NCBI GenBank assembly: GCA_964347045.1 | Contig: CAYFXC010000016.1 | Location: forward strand, 1-18,557 | Reading direction: 5' to 3' | DNA: 18,557 bases | Source of the DNA: an uncultured archaeon | GTDB taxonomy: Archaea > Asgardarchaeota > Hermodarchaeia > Hermodarchaeales > Hermodarchaeaceae | Shown here: positions 1 through 7,292 of the stretch, piece after piece | How positions within the stretch are numbered: the first letter of the stretch is position 1 | Layout: each line of letters begins with the position of its first letter | Notes under the pieces: model-generated | Told to the model about the DNA's origin: nothing | Databases searched by the model: none | What the model saw: only the letters and a program-made list of their open reading frames with translations | Made by a program: the position numbers and the translations under genes

Positions 1-409
1 TACGGTCTACGTCGGGAAGCGCATCTTGAGTATATCTTTGATGTTGCAAATACCAGATGAGTCGGAGCCCATACCGAGAGTGAAGGTCTTTTTTCGAATC
101 TTCAAGGTGCCTTCGAAGGGAAATGGCTCGACTAATAAGGTGAAAAAGGTCTTCAGGTACACGGAGTGATTGCTCGTTTTCATTCAGAATTTGCGTTATT
201 GTTTTTCCAGTAATCGCTTTGGTAAGTGGGATACCATATTGGTCTCGAAGCTTCAGCCCAATCATGGAGGGTTGGTGACCTTCCTTTGCTAATTTCACGA
301 CAAGCTCTTCAACCTCCTCAGGTGTCCTCTGACACCAATCAGGAGTTTCAAGTCGGATTGGACGATTGGAATGAGATTTCCCTTTTCGAGGTGAATGCAT
401 TCGAGCCAT
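1..409 (-). CDS. rps15: 30S ribosomal protein uS15 (S15/S13e), 3'-partial; not in the ORF track
   Basis: Manual translation from ATG at 409 gives MARMHSPRKGKSHSNRP...PSMIGLKLRDQYGIP...VPEDLFHLI...RRHLEDSKKDLHSRYGLRLI, typical archaeal uS15 motifs. The frame is open to the window edge, but homology stops after codon 118 (see findings). Confidence 0.95.
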   Translation of the reverse strand, partial: MARMHSPRKGKSHSNRPIRLETPDWCQRTPEEVEELVVKLAKEGHQPSMIGLKLRDQYGIPLTKAITGKTITQILNENEQSLRVPEDLFHLISRAISLRRHLEDSKKDLHSRYGLRLIWYLQHQRYTQDALPDVDR

Positions 410-429
410 TCAATACACCAAGTTGATGA

Positions 430-470
430 TGATTCCCCTGTTTAAACAGGAGAATCAGGTGCTAAGCACC
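430..470 (-). promoter_or_regulatory. Structured 5' leader of rps15 (two adjacent hairpins)
   Basis: Minus strand reads GGTGC-TTA-GCACC (470-458) immediately followed by TGATTCTCCTG-TTTAAA-CAGGGGAATCA (457-430), between a TATA-like box and the start codon. Confidence 0.55.
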
Positions 471-492
471 GGAGAGCAGGAATAGACAGCGC

Positions 493-506
493 TATTTAAT
501 CTTATC
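493..506 (-). promoter_or_regulatory. Putative BRE/TATA promoter for rps15
   Basis: Minus strand GATAAG-ATTAAATA; purine-rich element directly upstream of a TTAAATA box. Confidence 0.5.
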
Positions 507-510
507 CCTG

Positions 511-1089
511 TTATGTGGTGAAAGGACCATACTTCAAAAACCAGTTGACAAAATTCGCCAGAGATTTAGCTCGGTGGGATATACGGTTTTTCATTTCATC
601 TGACATCTCGGCATAGGTGGAACCATCACCCTCATCAGGAATGAAAATTGGGTCAAAGCCCCATTCTGTTCCCCGTATACGACGCGAAATGCGTCCCATC
701 GTTTCACCTTCAAAGAGGTGGATTTCCCGATTTGGTTCACCATAAGCAATCACACTTCGAAAAACTGCAACCCGATTCTTTTCACCGTCCATGAGTTTAA
801 GAATTCCAGGATTACCGAGTGTGTTCAGAACATAAGAGGAATAGGGACCAGGAAAGCCATTGAGTTGGTAAATGAACATTCCGGCATCCTCGACGAAAAG
901 GGGTTGGTTAACCGTTTCTAGTACCTGCTGGCAGCTATGTTGAGCTATCTCGTGTAATGAACTCGATTGGATTTCAACAGGGCGTTCATAATACTGTTCA
1001 ATTTGAATGCCAGCACGTTTTGTGATTTTTTGAGCTTCAACGAATTTATTTTTGTTTCCAGTGACAAATAGAAGTGAAGGTTGGGTCAT
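511..1089 (-). CDS. rdgB: XTP/dITP diphosphatase (RdgB/HAM1 family)
   Basis: Motifs FVTGNKNK, EIQ, VEDAG, LNGFPGPYS, GFDPIF, KNRISHR. ATG at 1089 follows a GGTGA SD; the ORF track starts at GTG 1098. Confidence 0.95.
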   Translation of the reverse strand: MTQPSLLFVTGNKNKFVEAQKITKRAGIQIEQYYERPVEIQSSSLHEIAQHSCQQVLETVNQPLFVEDAGMFIYQLNGFPGPYSSYVLNTLGNPGILKLMDGEKNRVAVFRSVIAYGEPNREIHLFEGETMGRISRRIRGTEWGFDPIFIPDEGDGSTYAEMSDEMKNRISHRAKSLANFVNWFLKYGPFTT

Positions 1090-1094
1090 AGGGT

Positions 1095-1736
1095 TCACCG
1101 GATTCTTTCAGTGATATATCTTCCTCGACTTTCTATTGCCTTAACCTTGCGGAAAACTTTAGCACTTCTCTCACCGAAGGTGATGCGATATCCTTCTTGG
1201 AATGCACTATAACAGTCTTCCCAGTGTGAATAGTGGGTGCTGAGAAGAGCTCGACGAAGCAGATGCAAATCAGTGCCATAATCCTCAAGGTTTTGTGTGG
1301 TTGCGGCAAGTCCAAAATCAATGAAGTAGATAAGCTTTCGTGAACGAAGAAGCATATTCGAGGTCGTCAAGTCCCCATGGGTAACTTCATGTAGATGTAA
1401 TCGGGCAATTGCTTTACCTATTTCTTGAAACAGGTTTTGCCGTTTTGTTTTAGTTAATTCAGGAATCAATTCTTTTACCCGTAGACCATCGATATACTCC
1501 ATTATTATTGTCGCAGTATCGACATCAACCTGATATAGAACCGGGGTGGCTACACCTGCCTGACGAGCAACTGAGAGCAAACGGGCTTCACGAATAGTAC
1601 GGTCGGTACGAAGTTTTGCATCCAATTGTGAGAGTCGGTAAGGTTTGGGGCGACGATGTTTTCTGATTACAGGGCGTCCAAAGAATTCCTCAAGATAAAG
1701 AGAGGCTTCTGCGCCTTTAGCAATAAGTTTAGACAT
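1095..1736 (-). CDS. bud32: KEOPS complex kinase/ATPase Bud32
   Basis: GAEA P-loop, RTIREARLL, HGDLTTSN catalytic loop, IDFGL, C-terminal RGRY; adjacent to kae1. Probable start is ATG 1736 (MSKLIAKGAEA). Confidence 0.95.
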   Translation of the reverse strand: MSKLIAKGAEASLYLEEFFGRPVIRKHRRPKPYRLSQLDAKLRTDRTIREARLLSVARQAGVATPVLYQVDVDTATIIMEYIDGLRVKELIPELTKTKRQNLFQEIGKAIARLHLHEVTHGDLTTSNMLLRSRKLIYFIDFGLAATTQNLEDYGTDLHLLRRALLSTHYSHWEDCYSAFQEGYRITFGERSAKVFRKVKAIESRGRYITERIR

Positions 1737-1743
1737 CACAAAT

Positions 1744-2730
1744 TCACGGCTCCCAAGGGATGTCAACCTGATCCAAACGCCATTTGGGTTGTATTAAGCT
1801 TTCAGAGAGAGAGGTCGGTTTTCCAGCTTTAAGGAGAAGCAAACCATTGTAGGCAATCATTGATCCATTATCCCCCGCATACTTCTGCGGAACAGAGGCA
1901 AATTGCGCGGATTGTTCATTGGCCACGATTTGTAGCATTTCTTTTAACCGAGAATTAGCGGCCACTCCACCTGTAACAATTATTTCGTCTCGCTGCGTAT
2001 GGGCGAGTGCACGTTCTGTTACTTCAGCAACCATAGAAAATGCGGTTTCTTGAAGGCTATAACAAACATCCTCGAGGGAAACGCCCTTCTTAAGTAGTTG
2101 TTTTGCCGCGGTTAGAAGCCCCGAAAACGCCAAATCCATACCCTTCACGGTGTAGGGTAAGACATGGTATCCATTCACTGCTTGCTTGGCTCGTTCTTCG
2201 ATTTTTGGTCCACCTGGATGAGCGAGATTTGCGTCTCTTGCAAACATATCGAGCATGTTTCCTAATGCAATGTCAAGTGTCTCGCCAAATATTCGATATC
2301 GGTTAGCGGCGAGTGTAGTTATTTGAGTGTTCCCACCTGATAGATAGATTACGAGCGGTTTGTCCGCTTGGGTAAAAAAGCGAGCTTGTTCAACATGAGC
2401 CACACAATGGTTAATGCCAAGGAGAGGAATGTTAAGGCTTTTTGCAAAACTACGAGCAAAGACTGCACCTACACGGAGCGAAGGGGGAAGCCCAGGCCCC
2501 TGTGAAAATGCAATTCCATTCAAATCATTTAAAGAAATGCCTGCTTGCTTGAATGCATCCTGTAAAACGTGAATAGCTTCAGCGTGGTGGTGTTCTGCAG
2601 CTTCTCGCGGATGAATTCCACCTTCTTTTGGAGAATAGACTGCTTTCGAATCAGCTAGGATTCGCCCTTCACCATCGACTATGCCGATTCCAAACGTGTG
2701 TGCAGTGCTTTCAATACCTAGGACATTCAT
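1744..2730 (-). CDS. kae1: tRNA N6-threonylcarbamoyladenosine (t6A) synthase Kae1, KEOPS complex
   Basis: LGIESTAHT, GIHPREAAEHH, NHCVAHVE metal-binding His pair, LSGGNT, GETLDIALGN, PGGP, GGVAAN, GDNG. Confidence 0.97.
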   Translation of the reverse strand: MNVLGIESTAHTFGIGIVDGEGRILADSKAVYSPKEGGIHPREAAEHHHAEAIHVLQDAFKQAGISLNDLNGIAFSQGPGLPPSLRVGAVFARSFAKSLNIPLLGINHCVAHVEQARFFTQADKPLVIYLSGGNTQITTLAANRYRIFGETLDIALGNMLDMFARDANLAHPGGPKIEERAKQAVNGYHVLPYTVKGMDLAFSGLLTAAKQLLKKGVSLEDVCYSLQETAFSMVAEVTERALAHTQRDEIIVTGGVAANSRLKEMLQIVANEQSAQFASVPQKYAGDNGSMIAYNGLLLLKAGKPTSLSESLIQPKWRLDQVDIPWEP

Positions 2731-2815
2731 CTTATTCTAACCAGACCTAAAGGCGAGCTGCAAAAAGCAGAACGCGGCAAATCCGAATTTCTAAGGGATT
2801 AGTGGTTTTTTGTGT

Positions 2816-2998
2816 CTAAGTTTCTTTCTCCTTTTCCTTCTTGGAGGGTTTAAATTCCGTAAAGCCACAGTTGCCGCAATGAAAACGATTGCTATGCTCA
2901 GCCATGAAACTGCCTTCTCCACAACGTGAACAAGATCGGCGTTTACGTTCTAGCTTACCATCTTTGCTAACTGAGTAATATTCGTGAGTTTTTGACAT
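2816..2998 (-). CDS. rps27ae: 30S ribosomal protein eS31 (S27ae)
   Basis: CSRC...[17 protein letters not shown] zinc ribbon; AGGTGA SD; canonical position after rps24e. Confidence 0.95.
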   Translation of the reverse strand: MSKTHEYYSVSKDGKLERKRRSCSRCGEGSFMAEHSNRFHCGNCGFTEFKPSKKEKEKET

Positions 2999-3030
2999 CG
3001 GTTTTCACCTTTTTTAATTTTAAAATATGA

Positions 3031-3558
3031 TTAGGAGGCTTCCTTTTTTGCAGAGGGCTTTTCAGCGTTCTCTTTTCGGGGTTTTTCTTTCTTAGGTTTT
3101 GTTTCTTTCTTAGGAGCCTTTGTAGTCACCTCCTTCGGAGGCTTTTCCGGCTCTTTCTTCTTAGGAGGTTCCGCCTTCGGAGGCTTTTCCGGCTCTTTCT
3201 TCTTAGGAGGTTCCGCCTTCGGAGGCTTTTCTTCAGGTGCAGGTTCGGGTGGTTTTACTGGTGTAGGTTGGGGCGCTTCTTCGATGGCGTGTCGTTTTTT
3301 GATGTAATCCTGTTCTAGTTCCAGTGCAGCTTCCTTTGAAGGATAAAGATGAGCATAACCTTGAGAGATTGATTGCCCATACAGACCAGCTAATCTTACG
3401 ATGTAGAGTTGATCTTCCTTACAATTTAGCATAGCAGCAAGTTTTGCTCGGACATCTCTCCGGGGTGGTGTTGCTGTCCCTGTATGATCAACTTGGAAAC
3501 TAATGTCCTGACGCTTGAGAAGCGTATTCTCGTTTTTTTCTTCAATCTTGATTTTCAT
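3031..3558 (-). CDS. rps24e: 30S ribosomal protein eS24 with Lys/Pro/Glu-rich C-terminal extension
   Basis: KNENTLLKR, ATPPRRDVR.KLAA, GYAHLY. Probable start ATG 3558 (MKIKIEEK); the ORF track starts at 3591. Confidence 0.93.
   Translation of the reverse strand: MKIKIEEKNENTLLKRQDISFQVDHTGTATPPRRDVRAKLAAMLNCKEDQLYIVRLAGLYGQSISQGYAHLYPSKEAALELEQDYIKKRHAIEEAPQPTPVKPPEPAPEEKPPKAEPPKKKEPEKPPKAEPPKKKEPEKPPKEVTTKAPKKETKPKKEKPRKENAEKPSAKKEAS
3132..3231. repeat. Perfect 42-bp tandem repeat (about 2.4 copies) inside rps24e
   Basis: Unit ccttcggaggcttttccggctctttcttcttaggaggttccg at 3132-3173 and 3174-3215, plus a 16-bp partial copy at 3216-3231. Encodes EKPPKAEPPKKKEP. Confidence 0.95.
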
Positions 3559-4105
3559 CTTTTTGCACCATTTCTTGTAATATTGTTTCAACCGTCTGTT
3601 TATGCTCTGACGTTACTTTGATGACAACAATGCCCTGATCAGGAAGCCCATAAACTACGGCAGATCCAGTGGGTGCAAGTGCCACTGCGGGCAGTGCCGT
3701 TAGGTCCTCTTCGCCCTCTATTAAGAGTTTCGCAGTTTTACCAGATTTTCCGGCCATAAGAGCGAGTTCGATGGCAATCCAAACCTCGGGTCGAATTTGG
3801 GCAGCCGCGTTAACCGCTGTAAATGTGACATCAGAAGAGATGTCAAATCCGACAGGATCACGCCGTTTTGTTTTTCCATCCAAGATAGATATTGTTGCTT
3901 GGCAATTGACTTTAGCGAGGTTAATCGATACTAAGTCACCTACGGCGATGACAGGATTTAGTTTATGTTTCCTAATGTAACCACACGCATCTTCAGCGGC
4001 ACCTAGGTCTTTACGAGAAAAGAGTTCACCCTTAGGTCCTTTTAGAGATTGTCGGAGATGCTTTGGGAGCACAAGGATGTATTGTCGCAGCTGCTTGGCA
4101 GCCAA
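3542..4105 (-). CDS. GTP-dependent dephospho-CoA kinase (DUF359 family)
   Basis: IAVGDLVS, DGKTKR, IEGEEDL, VVYG.PDQGIV motifs; conserved position between spt4 and rps24e; TTG start with AGGTGA SD. Confidence 0.88.
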   Translation of the reverse strand: MAAKQLRQYILVLPKHLRQSLKGPKGELFSRKDLGAAEDACGYIRKHKLNPVIAVGDLVSINLAKVNCQATISILDGKTKRRDPVGFDISSDVTFTAVNAAAQIRPEVWIAIELALMAGKSGKTAKLLIEGEEDLTALPAVALAPTGSAVVYGLPDQGIVVIKVTSEHKQTVETILQEMVQKDENQD

Positions 4106-4114
4106 CTAATTCAC

Positions 4115-4303
4115 CTAACGAACTTGGAGGGCATATTCTCCATCTTTGGTGATGTTGAGCTTTTTGGCAATCATTGAATTTTCAGGATCAAAAATTAAAA
4201 CTAACCCTGAAAAGCTCTCAGAAAGATTTGTGCTTTTACATACTGGACAATGCGATTTAGTTGTCATTATATGACAGACTTTGCAAGCTTTCCGTTTTGC
4301 CAT
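4115..4303 (-). CDS. spt4: Transcription elongation factor Spt4 (RpoE'')
   Basis: KACKVC...CPVC zinc motif, SMIAKKLNI, GEYALQVR. Probable start ATG 4303 after GGTGA; the ORF track starts at 4315. Confidence 0.95.
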   Translation of the reverse strand: MAKRKACKVCHIMTTKSHCPVCKSTNLSESFSGLVLIFDPENSMIAKKLNITKDGEYALQVR

Positions 4304-4351
4304 TTTCATCACCATTATTCTATTAGCGGGATTGGAGAAGACTAAAAGATA

Positions 4352-4948
4352 TTACTTATCCTTACCTTCTTTCTTTTTCTCCGCTTTTCGCTTTGATTCA
4401 ATTAATCTAGCGATTTCTTCTTTAATCCACTCGAACTTGCCTAGAAAAGGCTGTCGCATTGTCAATCCTAATTTTCCACTACGCGCACCGCCATCAATGC
4501 TTACTGCAACAATTCGAGTACGAACTAAATCGCCCTCCGTGATAACTCTACCCGTTTCTTTACCGACGAGGGCGGCGCTTCGAGGGTCATAAGAAAAGAA
4601 GTCATCAGTAATTTGGCTCACATGACACAACCCATCAAGAGGACCTAATCGAATGAATGCACCGAAGTCAACAACTTCAACAACTTCACCCTGTGTAAGA
4701 TAATTAACTTTCGGATCAAAAGTAAGAATTTTGAGTGTGACATCGTGATATGTGGCCCCATCACCAGGAATGATTTTACCCACTCCAATCTTGATTACTT
4801 CAGTTACCGCAATAATGAAGCCGAGATCGACATCGATTATGCCTTCGTATTGCTCGCGGAGAATTTCCTCGGCAACCTCATATAGATCTTCATCAAATCG
4901 GCTAGGCGGAATACGCACATGTCCTTTTATAGTAACAGCTTGGTAGAT
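4352..4948 (-). CDS. rpo7: DNA-directed RNA polymerase subunit Rpo7 (RpoE')
   Basis: VRIPPSRF, GKIIPGDGATY, GEVVEVVDFGAFIRLGPLDGLCHVSQI S1 domain, LTMRQPFLGK.EWI. Homology begins at ATC 4948; the ORF track extends to TTG 5050. Confidence 0.95.
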   Translation of the reverse strand: MYQAVTIKGHVRIPPSRFDEDLYEVAEEILREQYEGIIDVDLGFIIAVTEVIKIGVGKIIPGDGATYHDVTLKILTFDPKVNYLTQGEVVEVVDFGAFIRLGPLDGLCHVSQITDDFFSYDPRSAALVGKETGRVITEGDLVRTRIVAVSIDGGARSGKLGLTMRQPFLGKFEWIKEEIARLIESKRKAEKKKEGKDK

Positions 4949-4985
4949 AGTTTTGCCTCCGATTTCGGACGGATTACAAGTTGGG

Positions 4986-4999
4986 CTGATAAGCTTTTC
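4986..4999 (-). promoter_or_regulatory. Putative BRE/TATA promoter for rpo7-spt4 transcript
   Basis: Minus strand AGAAAAG-CTTATCA in the gap between the PIN gene stop and the rpo7 SD. Confidence 0.4.
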
Positions 5000-5030
5000 T
5001 ATTGAATTGGTATGCAGGCTTTTTTTGGCA

Positions 5031-5447
5031 TTATGACTCTGTGAGAGCAAGAACGGCTAGTTTTCGAACAAATATAACGCGATTACCCTGATTTACGAGT
5101 TTTCGACGTAGTTCACCATCATTTGTGGCAACCAAAGCACCCATTTCTTTTGCGTGCCAGAGAAGGGCTGAATCTGCGTCGAGATTCCGAACTGATGAAG
5201 GAAGATCTTCTACTATCTCACAATGTAGTTTTGCTAATATCAAAGAACTTTTCGCCGTGCTTTTTTCTTTAGAAGTCCCATTCTTTTCAAGCCATTTTAA
5301 TTCGTTTAGGACCTGTGGAAGGATAATAAGGTGAACATGGCTCCCGATTAAACGTGGAATCTCATCATAAATATCGATACGCTGCTGTAATGGGAGCAGA
5401 AGAAAATTAGTGTCTAGTAGCACCTTGGTCCCTTGTGAAGAACTCAA
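5031..5447 (-). CDS. PIN-domain nuclease (Fcf1/Utp24-like VapC family)
   Basis: VLLDTNFLL, V..EL, DAD, VATND.ELR acidic PIN motifs; conserved position between eif2g and rpoE'. Likely TTG start at 5447; the ORF track starts at 5477. Confidence 0.88.
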   Translation of the reverse strand: MSSSQGTKVLLDTNFLLLPLQQRIDIYDEIPRLIGSHVHLIILPQVLNELKWLEKNGTSKEKSTAKSSLILAKLHCEIVEDLPSSVRNLDADSALLWHAKEMGALVATNDGELRRKLVNQGNRVIFVRKLAVLALTES

Positions 5448-5448
5448 A

Positions 5449-6708
5449 CTATTTGGCAACGACGGTGCCCCATCCAATTAAGCGCCACCGCATTTCGATT
5501 TGACGGCTAATCGCTACTCGTTGGTTGGGAATAACGGCTACAGGTTTTCGGAGGTCAAAAGTAATGCGGTTTTTGGTTCCGATTTTTTTTACATGGCCAA
5601 CTGTTGCAGACGAACCAACTATAAGCATTAAGGTTTCATTTGGTTTGACACTTTGAACAGCGGTTTGTTCAATTGAGCCAACAACCCGTTTGAGCAAGTG
5701 TGATTCCAAGGTTATTTGCTCAACTATTGGAGGAAGATTCCCAACTGGTCCTGCAAGATTTCCAATTAAGGAATCAGCCCGGGTAAGCGAGGGGTCTAGG
5801 TTAGTTCCCATACCAATAAGCCCACTAGGATGTGCTGTTTTGAGGGGTTTTCCAGTACCTGTTTGAATACTTTCTACCGATGTTAGAATCGGTTCATAAG
5901 AGATAGTGCCCTTTTCCTTTTTCATCGGGATACCTGGTTGAATTTCGAGAGCATCTCCCACTGACACCTTACCTTGGATAATGGTTCCTCCAATGACACC
6001 GCCTTTCAAATCCTTAGGTCTTGTACCAGGTTTATTAATATCGAAAGATCGGGCAACATAGAATAATCCTGGTTTCTGCAAATCTCGTTTAGGAGTCGGA
6101 ATAACTTCTTCGATGGTTTGAATGAGAAAATCAATATTAGTACCAAACATTGCAGAAATCGGGATAATAGGTGCGTTTTCAGCAATCGAACCAGCGATAA
6201 AGCGTTTGATTTCCTTATAATTGGCCAATGCGTCTTTTTCAGAAACCAATTCCACTTTGTTTTGAGCAATAATGATCTTGTCAACACCAATTATTTCTAA
6301 TGCTGCTAGATGTTCCCTTGTTTGCGGTTGAGGACACTTCTCATCAACAGCAATGAGTAGCAATGCACCGTCCATCAAGGCCGCCCCTGAAATCATGGTT
6401 GCCATCAAGACTTCGTGTCCAGGAGCATCTACCAGCGATATCCGACGAAGTGGCTCTGACTTCCCTCCACACTTTGTACATTTAGGAGAAGTAGAATAGG
6501 CAGAAGGTCCCCGACACTTACTACATTTGTAGACTGTGACATCCGCGTACCCTAATTTAATTGAAATTCCCCGACGAAGTTCCTCCGAATGGCGATCCGT
6601 CCATTCCCCTGACAACGCCTTAGCCAAAGTGGTTTTGCCATGATCAACATGACCAACTAGTCCGATGTTGACTTCAGCTTGTGTGGGCATAGTTTTCCGG
6701 GAAGACAT
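5449..6708 (-). CDS. eif2g: Translation initiation factor 2 subunit gamma (aIF2-gamma)
   Basis: QAEVNIGLVGHVDHGKTT, RGISIKLGYA, CxxC...CxxC zinc ribbon, DAPGHE, PQPQTREH, QNKVE, RSFDINKPG, RWRLIGWG. Confidence 0.98.
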   Translation of the reverse strand: MSSRKTMPTQAEVNIGLVGHVDHGKTTLAKALSGEWTDRHSEELRRGISIKLGYADVTVYKCSKCRGPSAYSTSPKCTKCGGKSEPLRRISLVDAPGHEVLMATMISGAALMDGALLLIAVDEKCPQPQTREHLAALEIIGVDKIIIAQNKVELVSEKDALANYKEIKRFIAGSIAENAPIIPISAMFGTNIDFLIQTIEEVIPTPKRDLQKPGLFYVARSFDINKPGTRPKDLKGGVIGGTIIQGKVSVGDALEIQPGIPMKKEKGTISYEPILTSVESIQTGTGKPLKTAHPSGLIGMGTNLDPSLTRADSLIGNLAGPVGNLPPIVEQITLESHLLKRVVGSIEQTAVQSVKPNETLMLIVGSSATVGHVKKIGTKNRITFDLRKPVAVIPNQRVAISRQIEMRWRLIGWGTVVAK

Positions 6709-6748
6709 AATAGATCTTCATCTCTTAGAGAGCGTCTATGTTTAATTC

Positions 6749-7144
6749 TTATGAGGAGACAGTACTTTTTTCGATTAATTCAAGGAGAGGTTTGGATCCT
6801 TGTGTAATAATTTTGGCATTTACCTGCACGATTTCATCGGTGATTTCATTGCCACGAACACGGCGACGCCGACGTTCTCCATGTGTTTGTGGCTTATAAC
6901 CGATGCCGCCAGCTAAAAGTGGGCGCTTACGAACTGCTCCATGAACATCAGGGCGCATAGGTGTTCCTGTGCCATCGCTTCCGCCAGTAATTTTGAATTG
7001 GTACCCACCAAAACCAAGCGAATCTCCCTCGACCATTTCACCAATGAGTTTACCATGGAGGAGGCGGCTGCGTTGTTCACTAAGCTCTAGCTGGATAGTC
7101 TTACCACTCTGTGGATCACCGATGACTAAGCGAATTCGTGTCAT
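6749..7144 (-). CDS. rps6e: 30S ribosomal protein eS6
   Basis: LVIGDP.SGK, KITGGSD..GTPMRPDVHG, GERRRRRVRGN, QVN. ATG 7144 follows a GAGGT SD; the ORF track starts at 7204. Confidence 0.95.
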   Translation of the reverse strand: MTRIRLVIGDPQSGKTIQLELSEQRSRLLHGKLIGEMVEGDSLGFGGYQFKITGGSDGTGTPMRPDVHGAVRKRPLLAGGIGYKPQTHGERRRRRVRGNEITDEIVQVNAKIITQGSKPLLELIEKSTVSS

Positions 7145-7177
7145 ATCTAAGACCTCTGTATGTGCATTGATTCGGTT

Positions 7178-7205
7178 ATTGCTGCTCGGGAATATTGAGA
7201 GCAAT
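7178..7205 (-). promoter_or_regulatory. Hairpin in putative rps6e 5' leader
   Basis: Minus strand ATTGCT-CTC-AATATTCCC-GAG-C-AGCAAT, downstream of TATA-like TTGATAAG near 7232-7239. Confidence 0.4.
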
Positions 7206-7292
7206 GATAAATTCGTAGCATGGGATTAGCGCTTATCAATCTTGCCATCAAATGAGAGAAAAGGCAATGCATTCAATGATATTTTTGGAAAA

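Noticed and set aside
226-426. 66-aa plus-strand ORF from the track
   Set aside because: Antisense shadow of rps15, which has clear family motifs on the minus strand.
423-510. TGATGA at 424-429 as the C box of a plus-strand C/D sRNA
   Set aside because: No CTGA D box at a suitable distance on that strand; the region is better explained as the rps15 leader.
2731-2815. Possible tRNA or sRNA between rps27ae and kae1
   Set aside because: Only a 4-bp hairpin (CTGC-TTTTT-GCAG); no cloverleaf, TTCGA T-loop or box motifs.
2816-3030. Ubiquitin-eS31 fusion as in eukaryotes
   Set aside because: The gene is 60 aa with its own SD, and only 32 bp separate it from the rps24e stop.
3132-3231. CRISPR array
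   Set aside because: Repeats are head-to-tail without spacers, in frame within a gene, and no cas genes are present.
4300-4320. GTGATGA before spt4 as a third k-turn
   Set aside because: No partner GA strand with a pairable C-stem; explained by a GGTGA SD overlapping ATG.
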